Notes: a model not told the origin generated them from the letters alone. A DNA stretch of 64,000 bases from Longimicrobiales bacterium (GCA_965249725.1 CBDFMQ010000002.1:2080001-2144000), one strand, 5' to 3'. Counted from the stretch's first letter, positions 38,660 through 48,647 are shown. Program-made: numbers and translations.

Positions 38660-40023
38660 TGGGCGCCGGTCGGCTGCTCCTGGTCGACGACGACCGCGCG
38701 TTCCGACGGTCCACGGGCACATTGCTCGCACAAGACGGGCACGAGGTCGCGGAGGCCGCGAATGCGTCCGAGGCCGTGGACGCTCTCAAGGAGCGTAGCT
38801 TCGACCTCATCCTCCTGGACCTTCGCATGCCCGGCCTGGACGGCATACGGCTTGTGGAAGTGCTGCGGGAGTGGGGAGAGGACGTACCCATACTCATGAT
38901 CAGTGGGTTCGGATCGGTCGAAGCGGCCGTACAGGCCATGCACACGGGTGCCGACGACTTCCTGACCAAGCCCGTCGAGCCCTCTGTCCTGAGTGCGCGC
39001 GTATCCGACCTCTTGGAGCGACGCCCGGTCGCCGATGGTGGCGCAGACAGCCCCGGAGGAATCATCGGCCGATCGCCGGCCATCAAGGGTGTCTTCGACG
39101 CCATCGAGAGAGTGGCTGGGACCGATGCGACGGTGCTCATCGGCGGCGAGACAGGTACCGGAAAAGAGCTCGTTGCTCGAGCCATCCATGACGCCTCGCC
39201 ACGCTCGCAACGTGCGTTTCTGGCGGTGAATTGCGCGGCACTCTCTGATGGCGTACTGGAATCCGAGCTCTTCGGACACCTGAAGGGTGCGTTTACCGGT
39301 GCGGTACGTGATCGAGAGGGCGTGTTCCAATCCGCGGACGGAGGGACCCTGCTGCTGGATGAAGTCGGTGACATGGCACCGGCCATGCAGCACCGATTGT
39401 TGAGGGTCCTTCAAGAGAGGGAGGTGACGCCCGTCGGAGGCGCTCACCCTATCCCCGTTGACGTGCGCATCATCGCCGCCAGCAACCGCGACCTCAAGAC
39501 TGCCGTAGCCGAGGGGGCCTTCCGCGAGGACCTCTTCTATCGGTTGAACGTCTTCCGCATCGACCTGCCTCCCCTGCGTGAGCGCCGCTCAGACCTGCCC
39601 CTACTGGTGGAGCACTTTCTTAGGGGCCGCGGCTCGTCGGAGGCCGGGGCCTTCGCTACGTCGTGCTCACCGTTTGCGATGCGGAAGATCCAGGGATACC
39701 ACTGGCCGGGGAACGTCCGGGAGCTGTTTGCGGCTCTGGAGAGCGCCCGGATCCAAGCCGGGGGGGACCGCGTCGAGGCGCAGCACCTCCCGCAAGAGGT
39801 CCGTACCGCGGACGGCGCGGGGCCATCTCCGCTGGAGCGGTATCGTCATGGGGGCACGCTGGCCGACGAACGAGCTGCGATCGAGATCGCCTTGGAAGAG
39901 GCCGAGGGTCAACGGTCCAGGGCCGCGGAGATTCTCGGAATGGGCCGAACCACGTTGTGGCGCAAGATGAAGGCGTACGGGTTCATCGTGGAGGGGGACG
40001 CGACCCCGGAGGATTCGGACTAG
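38659..40023 (+). CDS. Sigma-54-dependent response regulator (NtrC family)
   Basis: Receiver DD/DLRMP, GETGTGKE, ESELFGH..GAFTGA, WPGNVREL, Fis HTH. Confidence 0.95.
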   Translation: MGAGRLLLVDDDRAFRRSTGTLLAQDGHEVAEAANASEAVDALKERSFDLILLDLRMPGLDGIRLVEVLREWGEDVPILMISGFGSVEAAVQAMHTGADDFLTKPVEPSVLSARVSDLLERRPVADGGADSPGGIIGRSPAIKGVFDAIERVAGTDATVLIGGETGTGKELVARAIHDASPRSQRAFLAVNCAALSDGVLESELFGHLKGAFTGAVRDREGVFQSADGGTLLLDEVGDMAPAMQHRLLRVLQEREVTPVGGAHPIPVDVRIIAASNRDLKTAVAEGAFREDLFYRLNVFRIDLPPLRERRSDLPLLVEHFLRGRGSSEAGAFATSCSPFAMRKIQGYHWPGNVRELFAALESARIQAGGDRVEAQHLPQEVRTADGAGPSPLERYRHGGTLADERAAIEIALEEAEGQRSRAAEILGMGRTTLWRKMKAYGFIVEGDATPEDSD

Positions 40024-40077
40024 CCGGACCGGCCCGAGGATCCGTCTGTGTCGGTCCCGGGGATCCGTCTGTCGGGG

Positions 40078-40365
40078 TTAAGATCCGTCGGGTGCGGGCC
40101 TCGGGTGGAACGTGCTGGCCACGATGCGCCATGAGCCGTCCTCCTGGCGTTCCATGACGGACAGCATCTTCCCGTACGTGGTCGTGGGCCCGTCTCGCCC
40201 GGGCACCATCTCGTGCAGGTCGAAGTCCATCCATCGGTAGGCCATGTCTCCTCGGCCCTCGATCGTGACGCTGGGGAGATCATAGTCCAGGAAGTCGAGC
40301 CCCCGGTCTCCAATGGACCGGACCATATCCTCTAGCGCCGGCCGGCCACGCGTCATCGACCCACT
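40078..40365 (-). pseudogene. 5'-truncated NTF2/DUF4440-like gene
   Basis: IEGRGDMAY...GKMLSVMERQEDGSWRI C-terminal NTF2 pattern; its upstream part runs into antisense permease sequence. Confidence 0.6.
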
Positions 40366-40722
40366 GCGGTCGCCCTGGCTCTGGGCGTCGTCGGCATCTA
40401 TGGCGTCATCTCGTACATCGTGAGCCAACGCACCCGAGAGATCGGAGTGCGCATGGCGCTCGGGGCCGGCGGTAGCGATGTGAGCCGTATGGTCCTACGC
40501 CAAGGGATGATCCTGGCAGGCAGTGGGGTGGTCATCGGGCTGATCGTCGCGATGGGGCTCACGCGTCTGATGTCGTCGCTGCTCTACGGGGTGGAAGCCA
40601 CGGACCCGGTCACGTTCGGGGTGGTCGCGGCGGTGTTGAGCGCAGTAGCGCTACTCGCGTCCTATCTGCCGGCATTGCGCGCCTCGCGGACCGATCCCGT
40701 CGAAACGCTGCGTTTCGAGTAA
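40366..40722 (+). pseudogene. C-terminal remnant of an ADOP-type ABC permease
   Basis: ALALGVVGIYGVISYIVSQRTREIGVRMALGA...PALRASRTDP; in-frame TAG at 40333 upstream. Confidence 0.85.
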
Positions 40723-40724
40723 CG

Positions 40725-40779
40725 TTGACGCCGCGTGTGACAGTTTTTAGGTTTGCCTAAATAAATTAGGCCGACCTAA
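40725..40779 (+). promoter_or_regulatory. Sigma-70 promoter overlapped by tandem DtxR/MntR-type boxes
   Basis: TTGACG-17 bp-TAGGTT; palindromes TTTAGG-TTTG-CCTAAA (40746-40761) and TTAGG-CCGA-CCTAA (40766-40779). Confidence 0.75.
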
Positions 40780-40794
40780 AATCAGGAGATACGC

Positions 40795-42054
40795 GTGACG
40801 CCCATCTGGATGCGGGGAATCGTGATGGCGGGGCTGGTAGCCACCGGCGCGTGCGACATCCTGGCGCCGGATACGCCGCACGACGGTGACGTCCTGGCGG
40901 GCACCATCGACGGCATGCCCCCCGGACAGGTGCGACAGCACCTCTCCGGCGACGAGGAGTTCGCCCGTGTATTTTCCGTGGCCGACGGCCTGGGGCCGGT
41001 GTTCGTGGCGACCTCATGCGAGCAGTGCCATGTCGGCGACGCCAAAGGCCATCCGGTTTTCAACCTGACGCGATTCGGACGGTACCTGGACGGTGTCTGG
41101 GACGGTCTGGCGGCGCGAGGCGGGCCGCAGTTGCAGCATAGGGCCATTCCCGGGTATCCCGTCGAAACGGTTCCGGACGAAGCCACTGGAGTGGCACACC
41201 TCACGCCTCCGGCCGTGACCGGCCTCGGGTATCTCGACGCGGTCGACGACACCACCCTCCTGCGACTGTCGGACCCTAACGATGCGGACGCAGATGGCGT
41301 GTCCGGGCGCGTTCAGCTCCTGGAGCCCAGCGACCTCATCGTGAGCGCCCTCGCCCTCGAGGCGGGCCAGTCCCCCGACCCGGGCGCGCGGGGCACCCTG
41401 GTGGAGGGCCGCTACATCGGCCGCTTCGGGAAGAAGGGCCTTACGGTCAACCTCCTGCAGCAGGCGGTGGGGGCATACCAGCAGGACATGGGGGTGACCA
41501 GCGACCTCCTTCCCGAAGACCTTGTGAACCCGCTAGCCGGCGATCGCGCCTCGGACGGCGTGGCCGATCCGGAGGTATCCAGCGCGGTGGTGGCCAACGT
41601 GGTCTTCTACCTGAAGACCCTCAGGGCCCCGCCGCGGCGTGATGCCGACGACGCGATGGTCGTGGCGGGTGAGTCCATCTTCTCGGCGGTGGGGTGCGAG
41701 CTGTGCCATGTTCCGACCCTTCGCACGGGCCGCTCCAACCTGGCCGTGCTGGACCGGGTGGACTTCCGCCCCTACACCGACCTTCTCCTTCACGACATGG
41801 GATCTGGGCTGGACGACGGGTACACCGAAGGGCGGGCCCTGACATCGGAATGGCGGACCCCACCCCTTTGGGGCATCGGTCTCCAGGGTGCGTTCCAAGG
41901 CGGGCAAGCGTTCTTCCTCCACGACGGCCGGGCCCGGACCCTGTCCGAGGCCATCGACTTCCACGGAGGTGAGGCGACGGCATCGCGGGCGGCATTCCGG
42001 GCACTGTCGCCGGAGGACCAACTTCGCCTGATCAGCTTCTTGGAGTCCCTGTGA
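40795..42054 (+). CDS. Di-heme oxidoreductase (DHOR) family lipoprotein
   Basis: DGLGP.F..SCEQCH, GCELCH, TDLLLHDMG, WRTPPLWG, LHDGRA; lipobox TGAC; AGGAG RBS. Confidence 0.9.
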   Translation: MTPIWMRGIVMAGLVATGACDILAPDTPHDGDVLAGTIDGMPPGQVRQHLSGDEEFARVFSVADGLGPVFVATSCEQCHVGDAKGHPVFNLTRFGRYLDGVWDGLAARGGPQLQHRAIPGYPVETVPDEATGVAHLTPPAVTGLGYLDAVDDTTLLRLSDPNDADADGVSGRVQLLEPSDLIVSALALEAGQSPDPGARGTLVEGRYIGRFGKKGLTVNLLQQAVGAYQQDMGVTSDLLPEDLVNPLAGDRASDGVADPEVSSAVVANVVFYLKTLRAPPRRDADDAMVVAGESIFSAVGCELCHVPTLRTGRSNLAVLDRVDFRPYTDLLLHDMGSGLDDGYTEGRALTSEWRTPPLWGIGLQGAFQGGQAFFLHDGRARTLSEAIDFHGGEATASRAAFRALSPEDQLRLISFLESL

Positions 42055-42482
42055 AGGGCTCGGAGATGGACCGGCGAGGCTTCGTGCGTGCCATGCCGCT
42101 GGTGGCCCTCGCCGCGTGGGCTCCCACGGCGTGCGGCGGTGCGGTCTATATCGTGCCTCGGGACCTGGGAGGCCGCGTGGCCGTACCGATCGAGGTCCTC
42201 GGCGACGGGAGCGGGGCCTTTGTGGCCCACCCGTCCAGCAATCGCGCGATCTTCGTGCGCCGCAGGGCCGGGGGTGAATGGGTGGCTGTCCACGCCCGGT
42301 GCACCCACCGCGGATGCCAGCCCGAGCCGGTAGCCGAACGACTCGTGTGTCCGTGCCACGGAAGCGAGTTCACGCTGGACGGTGAACTACTGGAGGGGCC
42401 AGCTCGATCGGATCTGGCGCGACTCCCGGTCGAGCGCGTGGGCCCGGATCTTGTCATCCGCGTCCGCGAGGAGGACGCATGA
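42051..42482 (+). CDS. Tat-exported Rieske [2Fe-2S] protein
   Basis: DRRGF signal, possible lipobox TAC, CTHRGC and CPCHGS. Confidence 0.9.
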   Translation: MKGSEMDRRGFVRAMPLVALAAWAPTACGGAVYIVPRDLGGRVAVPIEVLGDGSGAFVAHPSSNRAIFVRRRAGGEWVAVHARCTHRGCQPEPVAERLVCPCHGSEFTLDGELLEGPARSDLARLPVERVGPDLVIRVREEDA

Positions 42483-43690
42483 GCGGCCGTGTGATGGGGC
42501 CGACGTTCACGATGGGTCTGGCGTTGATGGTCGTGATAGGTGCATTGGGGGGACCCCGAGAAGCGGCAGCCCAAGCCGACACTACACTGGCGCAGGAAGG
42601 TGTCTACGACCGTCCTTTCATCACTGCGGTAGGCGGCACCTCCATTGGCGGCTACGTAGAGGGCAACACCAACTGGTTCGTCGAGGACGGCATCGGCGAA
42701 GGGTTCTCCATGGAGCTACGCCGCTTCAACATCTTCCTCTACTCCTCGATCTCATCCCGAGTGCGATTCCTTTCGGAGCTGGAGTTCGAGCATGGCACCG
42801 AGGAGATCGCGCTGGAAACGGCGCAGCTGGACGTCCGGGTCCGGCCGTCGCTGGTGTTCCGGGTCGGGATCCTCCTGCCCCCCATCGGCTACCTGAACCA
42901 GAACCATGACAGCCCCAAGTGGGACTTCGTGGAAAGGCCTCTCGGCACCACCGAGATCGTCCCATCCACCCTCAGTGAGATCGGGGGCGGAGTGTACGGC
43001 AAGGTGCCGGTGGGTACAGGGGTCCTTTCATACGATCTCTACATGACCAACGGCCTGGGTGACGGCGTGGTGGAGAACGATGTCGGTCGCACTCACATTC
43101 CGGCGGGCAAGCGTGAAGAACAGTTCGCTGAAGACAACAACGGGTCGCCGGCGTTGTCGGCACGGGTCGGTTTCCGCCGGCCGGGTCGCGGTGAGGTGGG
43201 GGTGTCGTGGTATGGCGGCACCTACAACACCTTCCGTGTAGAGGGCGAGGACGTGGACGAGCGTCGGCGGGTGGACCTACTGGCCGTGGACGCTGGTGCG
43301 TCCGTGGGTCCGGTGGACATCCGGGGCGAAGCCGGGTGGGCGCGCATCGACGTGCCCGACGGACTCGTGGAGGTGTTCGGTACGCGCCAATGGGGGGGCC
43401 ATGTCGACCTCATCATGACGGTGTGGCAGCCGGCGATCGCAGACTACCCCGAAGCCAAACTGTCCGCCGGCCTTAGGCTGGAGCGGGTAGACTTCAACAC
43501 CGGAACATTCTCCAGCACCGGGGAACGCATCGGCGACGAAGTCAGCGCTCTGGTGCCCGGGTTGGCCTTCCGTCCGTCGGCCGAGACGGTCTTCCGGCTC
43601 AACTACCGGTACGCGTGGATCACCGACTTCGTGGGCAACGAGCCGGCCCGTTCGGCCGGGTGGCAACTCGGGTTCGCCACGTACTTCTAG
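42479..43690 (+). CDS. Outer-membrane porin-like protein
   Basis: Signal peptide; FLSELEFEHG, PIGYLNQNHD; C-terminal GFATYF. Confidence 0.75.
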   Translation: MSGRVMGPTFTMGLALMVVIGALGGPREAAAQADTTLAQEGVYDRPFITAVGGTSIGGYVEGNTNWFVEDGIGEGFSMELRRFNIFLYSSISSRVRFLSELEFEHGTEEIALETAQLDVRVRPSLVFRVGILLPPIGYLNQNHDSPKWDFVERPLGTTEIVPSTLSEIGGGVYGKVPVGTGVLSYDLYMTNGLGDGVVENDVGRTHIPAGKREEQFAEDNNGSPALSARVGFRRPGRGEVGVSWYGGTYNTFRVEGEDVDERRRVDLLAVDAGASVGPVDIRGEAGWARIDVPDGLVEVFGTRQWGGHVDLIMTVWQPAIADYPEAKLSAGLRLERVDFNTGTFSSTGERIGDEVSALVPGLAFRPSAETVFRLNYRYAWITDFVGNEPARSAGWQLGFATYF

Positions 43691-43703
43691 GCGGGCGGAC
43701 ACG

Positions 43704-43737
43704 GACGCGTGCGGTAGGGACGTCACCCGCACGCGTC
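43704..43737. terminator. Hairpin between convergent porin and ppk2
   Basis: GACGCGTGCGG...CCGCACGCGTC. Confidence 0.6.
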
Positions 43738-43753
43738 GCGCTCCGGACGCTCG

Positions 43754-44602
43754 CTACTCGGACACTTCTACAACCTCGGACGGCGCTTCCTCGGTCGTCT
43801 GCCCGTAGACCTCCGGGACCCAGTTCATGCTGTCCAACGGTGGCCGCCGGTAGTTGGGGGCACTCTGAAGGTCGGGAAGCTCGACGGGCTCGTCCGGGAG
43901 GTCCTCGTAGGGGATCTGCTCCAGAAGGTGGTGGATGCAGTTGAGGCGGGCATGCCGCTTCACGTCCGCCTTGACCACGTACCACGGGGCCACGTCGATG
44001 TCCGTATACATGAACATGGCGTCCTTGGCCCTGCTGTAGTCGGTCCATCTCGCGCGTGAAGCCACGTCCACCGCGCCGATCTTCCAACGCTTTCGCGGAT
44101 CGTTGATTCGCTCGCGGAAGCGCCGCTCCTGCTCCTCCGAGCTGATGGCGAACCTGTACTTGATGAGAATCGTGCCGGAACGCACCAACATCCGCTCGAA
44201 TTCGGGGCAGGATCTGAGGAACTCCCGGTAATCGTCGTCGGTGCAGAAACCCATCACCCGCTCGACTCCGGCCCGGTTGTACCAACTCCGGTCGAACAGG
44301 ACCATTTCTCCAGCCGCCGGGAGGTGGGGTACGTAGCGCTGGAAGTACCACTGGCTCTTCTCTCGCTCCGTCGGAATCGGGAGCGCGATGACCTTGACGA
44401 TGCGGGGATTGAGACGCTGAGTGATGCGCTTGATCACCCCGCCCTTCCCGGCGGCGTCTCGGCCCTCGAAGATCACCGCCACCCTCATTCCCGTATGCTT
44501 GATCCAGTCCTGCAGGCCCACGAGTTCTTCCTGCAGCCGCAGGAGTTCGCTCTCGTAGAGCTTGCTCTTAATCCGGCGGTCCGGCCTGTACTCCTCCGTC
44601 AT
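43754..44602 (-). CDS. ppk2: Polyphosphate kinase 2
   Basis: FEGRDAAGKGG, WYFQRY, FDRSWYNRAGVERVMGF. Confidence 0.96.
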   Translation of the reverse strand: MTEEYRPDRRIKSKLYESELLRLQEELVGLQDWIKHTGMRVAVIFEGRDAAGKGGVIKRITQRLNPRIVKVIALPIPTEREKSQWYFQRYVPHLPAAGEMVLFDRSWYNRAGVERVMGFCTDDDYREFLRSCPEFERMLVRSGTILIKYRFAISSEEQERRFRERINDPRKRWKIGAVDVASRARWTDYSRAKDAMFMYTDIDVAPWYVVKADVKRHARLNCIHHLLEQIPYEDLPDEPVELPDLQSAPNYRRPPLDSMNWVPEVYGQTTEEAPSEVVEVSE

Positions 44603-44749
44603 CTGCGTCCTGTCTCCAGTGTTGTCAGCTCCGTCGGGAGATCCGTGTCTCAATAGACAAGACGCGGTATACCCTAGGCAACCGCGGCATCCCATTCCAG
44701 GATCACCGGGGTCCCTACCTTGGCTCGGGCTCGATCCCCACCTTGGCCC

Positions 44750-45883
44750 CTACCCCCGGGCGTGCCACGCTGCCAGGACCTCTGCCTCGCGCTGGGCCGA
44801 GATGCCGGCCCTGAGCTGCGCCTGCCTCTCGGCCGGCCGCGAGAAGTGGTAATCGAGCGTATCGCGGGCGGTGACGGCGAGAGGTCTGAAGGTGAGTCCG
44901 GCCTCGACCTCAGGTGTGAGATCGAACCGCGCGAAGCCCTGCCGTCCCTCGGTCGGGGGCATCCAGACCGGCATATCTGAGTATGGCCTGATCCCGATGC
45001 CCGTGAGGAAGTCGAAGTTCACCCACGTGAACGTCGTCTCGGCGGTCGTGACAGCTCGAATCCCGTAGAGGAGTTCGGCAAGGGGGCGAGGAGTGGCCGG
45101 GCCGACCCCGTTGAACACTCCCGTGTGGCCGGTCTCCGCCATGCGGATCATCCACTCCGTAAGGTCTCGCACGTCGATGATCTGTATGGGGTCCGAAGGA
45201 TCGCCGGGTGCGAGCACCTCTCCACCGCGATGGATACGGACGGGCCAATAGGTGAACCGGTCGGTCTCGTCGCCGGGCCCCATGATGAGCCCGGGGCGTA
45301 CGACGTTGGTGCGCCCCACGAAGATGCGCTGGGCCTCTCGTTCCGAGAGGGCCTTGGCGAGTCCATACGGCAGTCGCTCGGCATCTCGCGACACGCCGGC
45401 CGTCTCGTACGTGAATGAAGGCGCGTCCGCGGTCATCGGAATCCGGCTCGTATCGGCGTAGGCGGATCGAGACGAAACGTAGAAGTACCGATCCACCGAG
45501 TCCTTCAGGAAATCGGCCGACATGCGCACCCAATCGGGGTTGGCCCGGGAATTGTCGATGACCACATCCCAGGTCCGGCCCCTCAACGCCTCCAGTTGGC
45601 CGTTGCGGTCGCCGATGAGCGTCTCGACCTCGGGAAACATCCCGGCATTGGTGCGGCCCCGGTTGAAGAGAGTGACCGTGTGACCACGCTCCAGAGCGTA
45701 GCGGACCTGGAACGGACCGATGAAACCGGTGCCACCCAGGATCAGGATGCGGAGAGCTCGCCCGGCAGCTCCCTCCTGAAACACCTCGGTCGTCTCACTC
45801 GTGGGCGTAGGCAGGACTCCGAACCCCAGTGCTCCACCGGCCACCGCAGAAAGTCGCAGGAAATCTCGTCGATCGGTCGACAT
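44750..45883 (-). CDS. Tat-signal NAD-dependent epimerase/dehydratase family protein
   Basis: DRRDFL, ILGGTGFIG, YGLAK, RPGLIMGP. Confidence 0.88.
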   Translation of the reverse strand: MSTDRRDFLRLSAVAGGALGFGVLPTPTSETTEVFQEGAAGRALRILILGGTGFIGPFQVRYALERGHTVTLFNRGRTNAGMFPEVETLIGDRNGQLEALRGRTWDVVIDNSRANPDWVRMSADFLKDSVDRYFYVSSRSAYADTSRIPMTADAPSFTYETAGVSRDAERLPYGLAKALSEREAQRIFVGRTNVVRPGLIMGPGDETDRFTYWPVRIHRGGEVLAPGDPSDPIQIIDVRDLTEWMIRMAETGHTGVFNGVGPATPRPLAELLYGIRAVTTAETTFTWVNFDFLTGIGIRPYSDMPVWMPPTEGRQGFARFDLTPEVEAGLTFRPLAVTARDTLDYHFSRPAERQAQLRAGISAQREAEVLAAWHARG

Positions 45884-46064
45884 ACAGGTCCTCCTCTGTG
45901 GCGCTCGGTCAGTCCGGTACCCTCGACCCACAACCTGTGACGGCGGCCACCGCCGCTCAAGGCCGAGCGGGTTGCGGCAGGGTCCAGTGAGCCCCTAGCA
46001 TCGACCTGTGCGCCACCGATGAGCGGGGCGGGCGGACGGTTTACTGCAGAGATGGAGCAGATCG

Positions 46065-47161
46065 ATGAGCAACGAGCAATCCGGTATCGATCGGCGGGAC
46101 TTCTTCCGCCACAGCGTTGGCGTCGGCGCGGGCGCCCTGGCCTTGGGCCGACTGCCCGAGGGCATGACCCGCTCGAGTACCGGAGCCGCCGGCACGCCCC
46201 TCATCATCACGAGCCACTCGAACGAGACCGGCCAAGAGGCAATGCGACAGGCCTGGGAGATCCTGAGCAGCGGAGGCTCGGCCCTGGATGCCGTAGAGCG
46301 CGGCGCCAACGTCATCGAGGTCGATCCGGAGGACATGAGCGTCGGCTACGGAGGCCTGCCCAACGAGCACGGCGTTGTGCAGCTCGACGCGTCGATCATG
46401 GACGGAAAGACCTACAACGCGGGCTCTGTCGCATCTCTCGAGAACATCATGACGCCCGCTTCCGTCGCCCGGCTCGTCATGGAGCGCACCGACCACGTGA
46501 TGCTGATCGGCAAGGGGGCGCTCGAGTTCGCCCGGTCGTTCGGGTTCGAAGAGGTGGACCTCATGACCGAGAAGTCGCGCGCGGCCTGGCTCCGGTGGCG
46601 TGAGGAACACAGTGATCGGGACGACTGGGGTGCGCCCGACCACCTGAAGAGGCCGCGGGGCGATGAGATGGGCGACGAGCTTGGCAGTTGGGAGGAGAAG
46701 ATCGACTTCCACTACGGCACGACGAACGTGTTGGCGGTGGACTCGAACGGAGACGTCTCCGGCATCACGACCACGAGCGGGCTGAGCTGGAAGATCAACG
46801 GACGCATCGGTGACTCACCGGTGATCGGCGCCGGCCTCTACGTCGACAACGACACCGGTGCCGCCGGAGCGACGGGCCGTGGAGAAGACGTAATCAAGTC
46901 CTGCGCATCCTACTACATCGTCATGCGATGAGTCAGGGACGCTCACCCCAGCAGGCGTGCGAAGACGCGTGTGAGCTGATCGTCCACAAGTACCGGAACG
47001 TGAACCCGAACTTCTTCCCGTCGGAGAAGTTCGTGGCCATGAACAAGGACGGGCAGTACGGCGCGGCCTCGATGGGGAACACCCGCGGTCGGCCTCAGAT
47101 GACGGTTCGGCATGCTCAGGGTCTGGAGATCTACGAGGGCAGCACGCAGTACACAGGTTGA
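46065..47161 (+). pseudogene. Tat-signal glycosylasparaginase/isoaspartyl peptidase (Ntn hydrolase), frameshifted near 46928
   Basis: SVGYGGLP, LDASIMDG, TTSG, GRIGDSP, ATGRGE; C-terminus continues in another frame as MSQGRSPQQAC. Confidence 0.8.
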
Positions 47162-47165
47162 TCGC

Positions 47166-47267
47166 CAGAGCGGGCACCGGATCCACCTTGGTCGCTCGGC
47201 GCGCGGGCAGCCAACTCGCCAGCACACTCACGATCGCCCGGACCATAGGTGCCCCGGCGAAGGTCCA
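47166..47267 (-). pseudogene. Short C-terminal remnant of an ADOP-type ABC permease
   Basis: WTFAGAPMVRAIVSVLASWLPARRATKVDPVPAL matches the tails of the permeases in this window. Confidence 0.7.
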
Positions 47268-47289
47268 CCGCTCGGAGGGAGGACTCGGA

Positions 47290-48294
47290 ATGAAGTCCCT
47301 TACCGGAAAGATCGCCGTCGTGGCCGGGGCAACTCGAGGTGCAGGTCGAGGCATCGCCACCATGCTCGGTGAGGCGGGCGCCACGGTGTACTGCACCGGC
47401 CGGAGCGTGCGCGGCCACGCCGCCTCGGAAGGGCGCCCTGAGACCATCGAGGAAACCGCCGAGCTGGTGACCGAGCTCGGGGGCACGGGCATCTGGGTGC
47501 AGGTGGACCACGAGGTGGAAGCGCAGGTCGAGGCGCTCTTCCAAAGGGTCGGAGATGAGCAGGGGCAGCTCGACATCCTCGTCAACGATGTCTGGGGGGG
47601 TGATGTACTCACCGAGTGGGGGAAGCCCTTCTGGGAGCTCTCCACGGAGAAGGGCCTGGCTATGCTCCGGCAAGCCGTCCACTCGCACATCATCACGAGC
47701 CGGCACGGCGTGCCTCTGATGATCGAACACGGCCAGGGGCTGATCGTCGAAATCACCGACGGCGACTTCCTGGGCTACCGCGGCAACCTGTTCTACGACC
47801 TCGTGAAGGTGGGCGTGATCCGACTCGCCTACGACATGTCGCTGGACCTGAAGGGTAGGGACATCACGGCTCTAGCCGTGACACCCGGGTTCCTCCGCTC
47901 CGAGGCCACGCTCGATCACTTCGGGGTGACGGAGGCGAACTGGCAGGACGCCACAAAGACGGATCCTCACTTCGCGGAGTCCGAGTCCCCGACGTTCGTG
48001 GGCCGGGCGGTGGCCGCCCTGGCCGCCGATCCCGACGTACGCAAGAAGGCTGGCCGCGTTTGGGCTTCCTGGACTCTCGCCAAGGAGTACGGCTTCCTCG
48101 ACGCATCAGGGCGGCAGCCCGATTGGGGCAGCTACTTCGATCGGACGGTGGACCAGATCATCGAGCGGGGAGCCGAGTTGAGTGGCGGTGACCGCTTCCT
48201 TCTCGAGATGCGCCGCTTCCAGATCGACCTCGACCCGGAACGAAGCGACCAAGCGAAGCAGATCGATGAGCTACTCGAAAAGGACCGTACATGA
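47290..48294 (+). CDS. SDR family oxidoreductase
   Basis: AGATRGAGRG, LVNDVWGG, YDLVK; GGAGG RBS. Confidence 0.9.
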   Translation: MKSLTGKIAVVAGATRGAGRGIATMLGEAGATVYCTGRSVRGHAASEGRPETIEETAELVTELGGTGIWVQVDHEVEAQVEALFQRVGDEQGQLDILVNDVWGGDVLTEWGKPFWELSTEKGLAMLRQAVHSHIITSRHGVPLMIEHGQGLIVEITDGDFLGYRGNLFYDLVKVGVIRLAYDMSLDLKGRDITALAVTPGFLRSEATLDHFGVTEANWQDATKTDPHFAESESPTFVGRAVAALAADPDVRKKAGRVWASWTLAKEYGFLDASGRQPDWGSYFDRTVDQIIERGAELSGGDRFLLEMRRFQIDLDPERSDQAKQIDELLEKDRT

Positions 48295-48620
48295 TCACAC
48301 GAATCTGGCACGGCTGGACCACCCACGAGAACGCGGACACCTATAAGGAACTGCTCGAGGCGGAGATCCTCCCCGGCATCGCCCGGAAGGAGATTCCGGG
48401 CTACCGAGGGGCACACCTCGTACGTCGCCCGCTCGAAGACGAAGTCGAGTTCATCACCCTACTCTGGTTCGATTCGCTCGACTCGGTGCGGTCCTTCATG
48501 GGGGAGGACTACGAAGTGGCCTACGTTCCCGACGCGGCTCGAGCGGTCCTGGCTCGCTTCGACGACCGCTCTCAGCACTACGACGTGATTCTGGAGCCGG
48601 GCCAGACCATCTCGCCCTAG
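48291..48620 (+). CDS. Antibiotic biosynthesis monooxygenase-like protein
   Basis: MITRIWHGWT...EFITLLWFDS..F.GEDYE.A.VP. Confidence 0.8.
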   Translation: MITRIWHGWTTHENADTYKELLEAEILPGIARKEIPGYRGAHLVRRPLEDEVEFITLLWFDSLDSVRSFMGEDYEVAYVPDAARAVLARFDDRSQHYDVILEPGQTISP

Positions 48621-48647
48621 GCGCCACGACGCGCGGGCGCCAGAGCT

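Noticed and set aside
40038..40092. GATCCGTC repeated three times between convergent genes
   Set aside because: Short and irregularly spaced; no function can be supported.
46929..46931. TGA in the asparaginase as a second selenocysteine
   Set aside because: The continuation is in a different frame and the position is not a Cys site.
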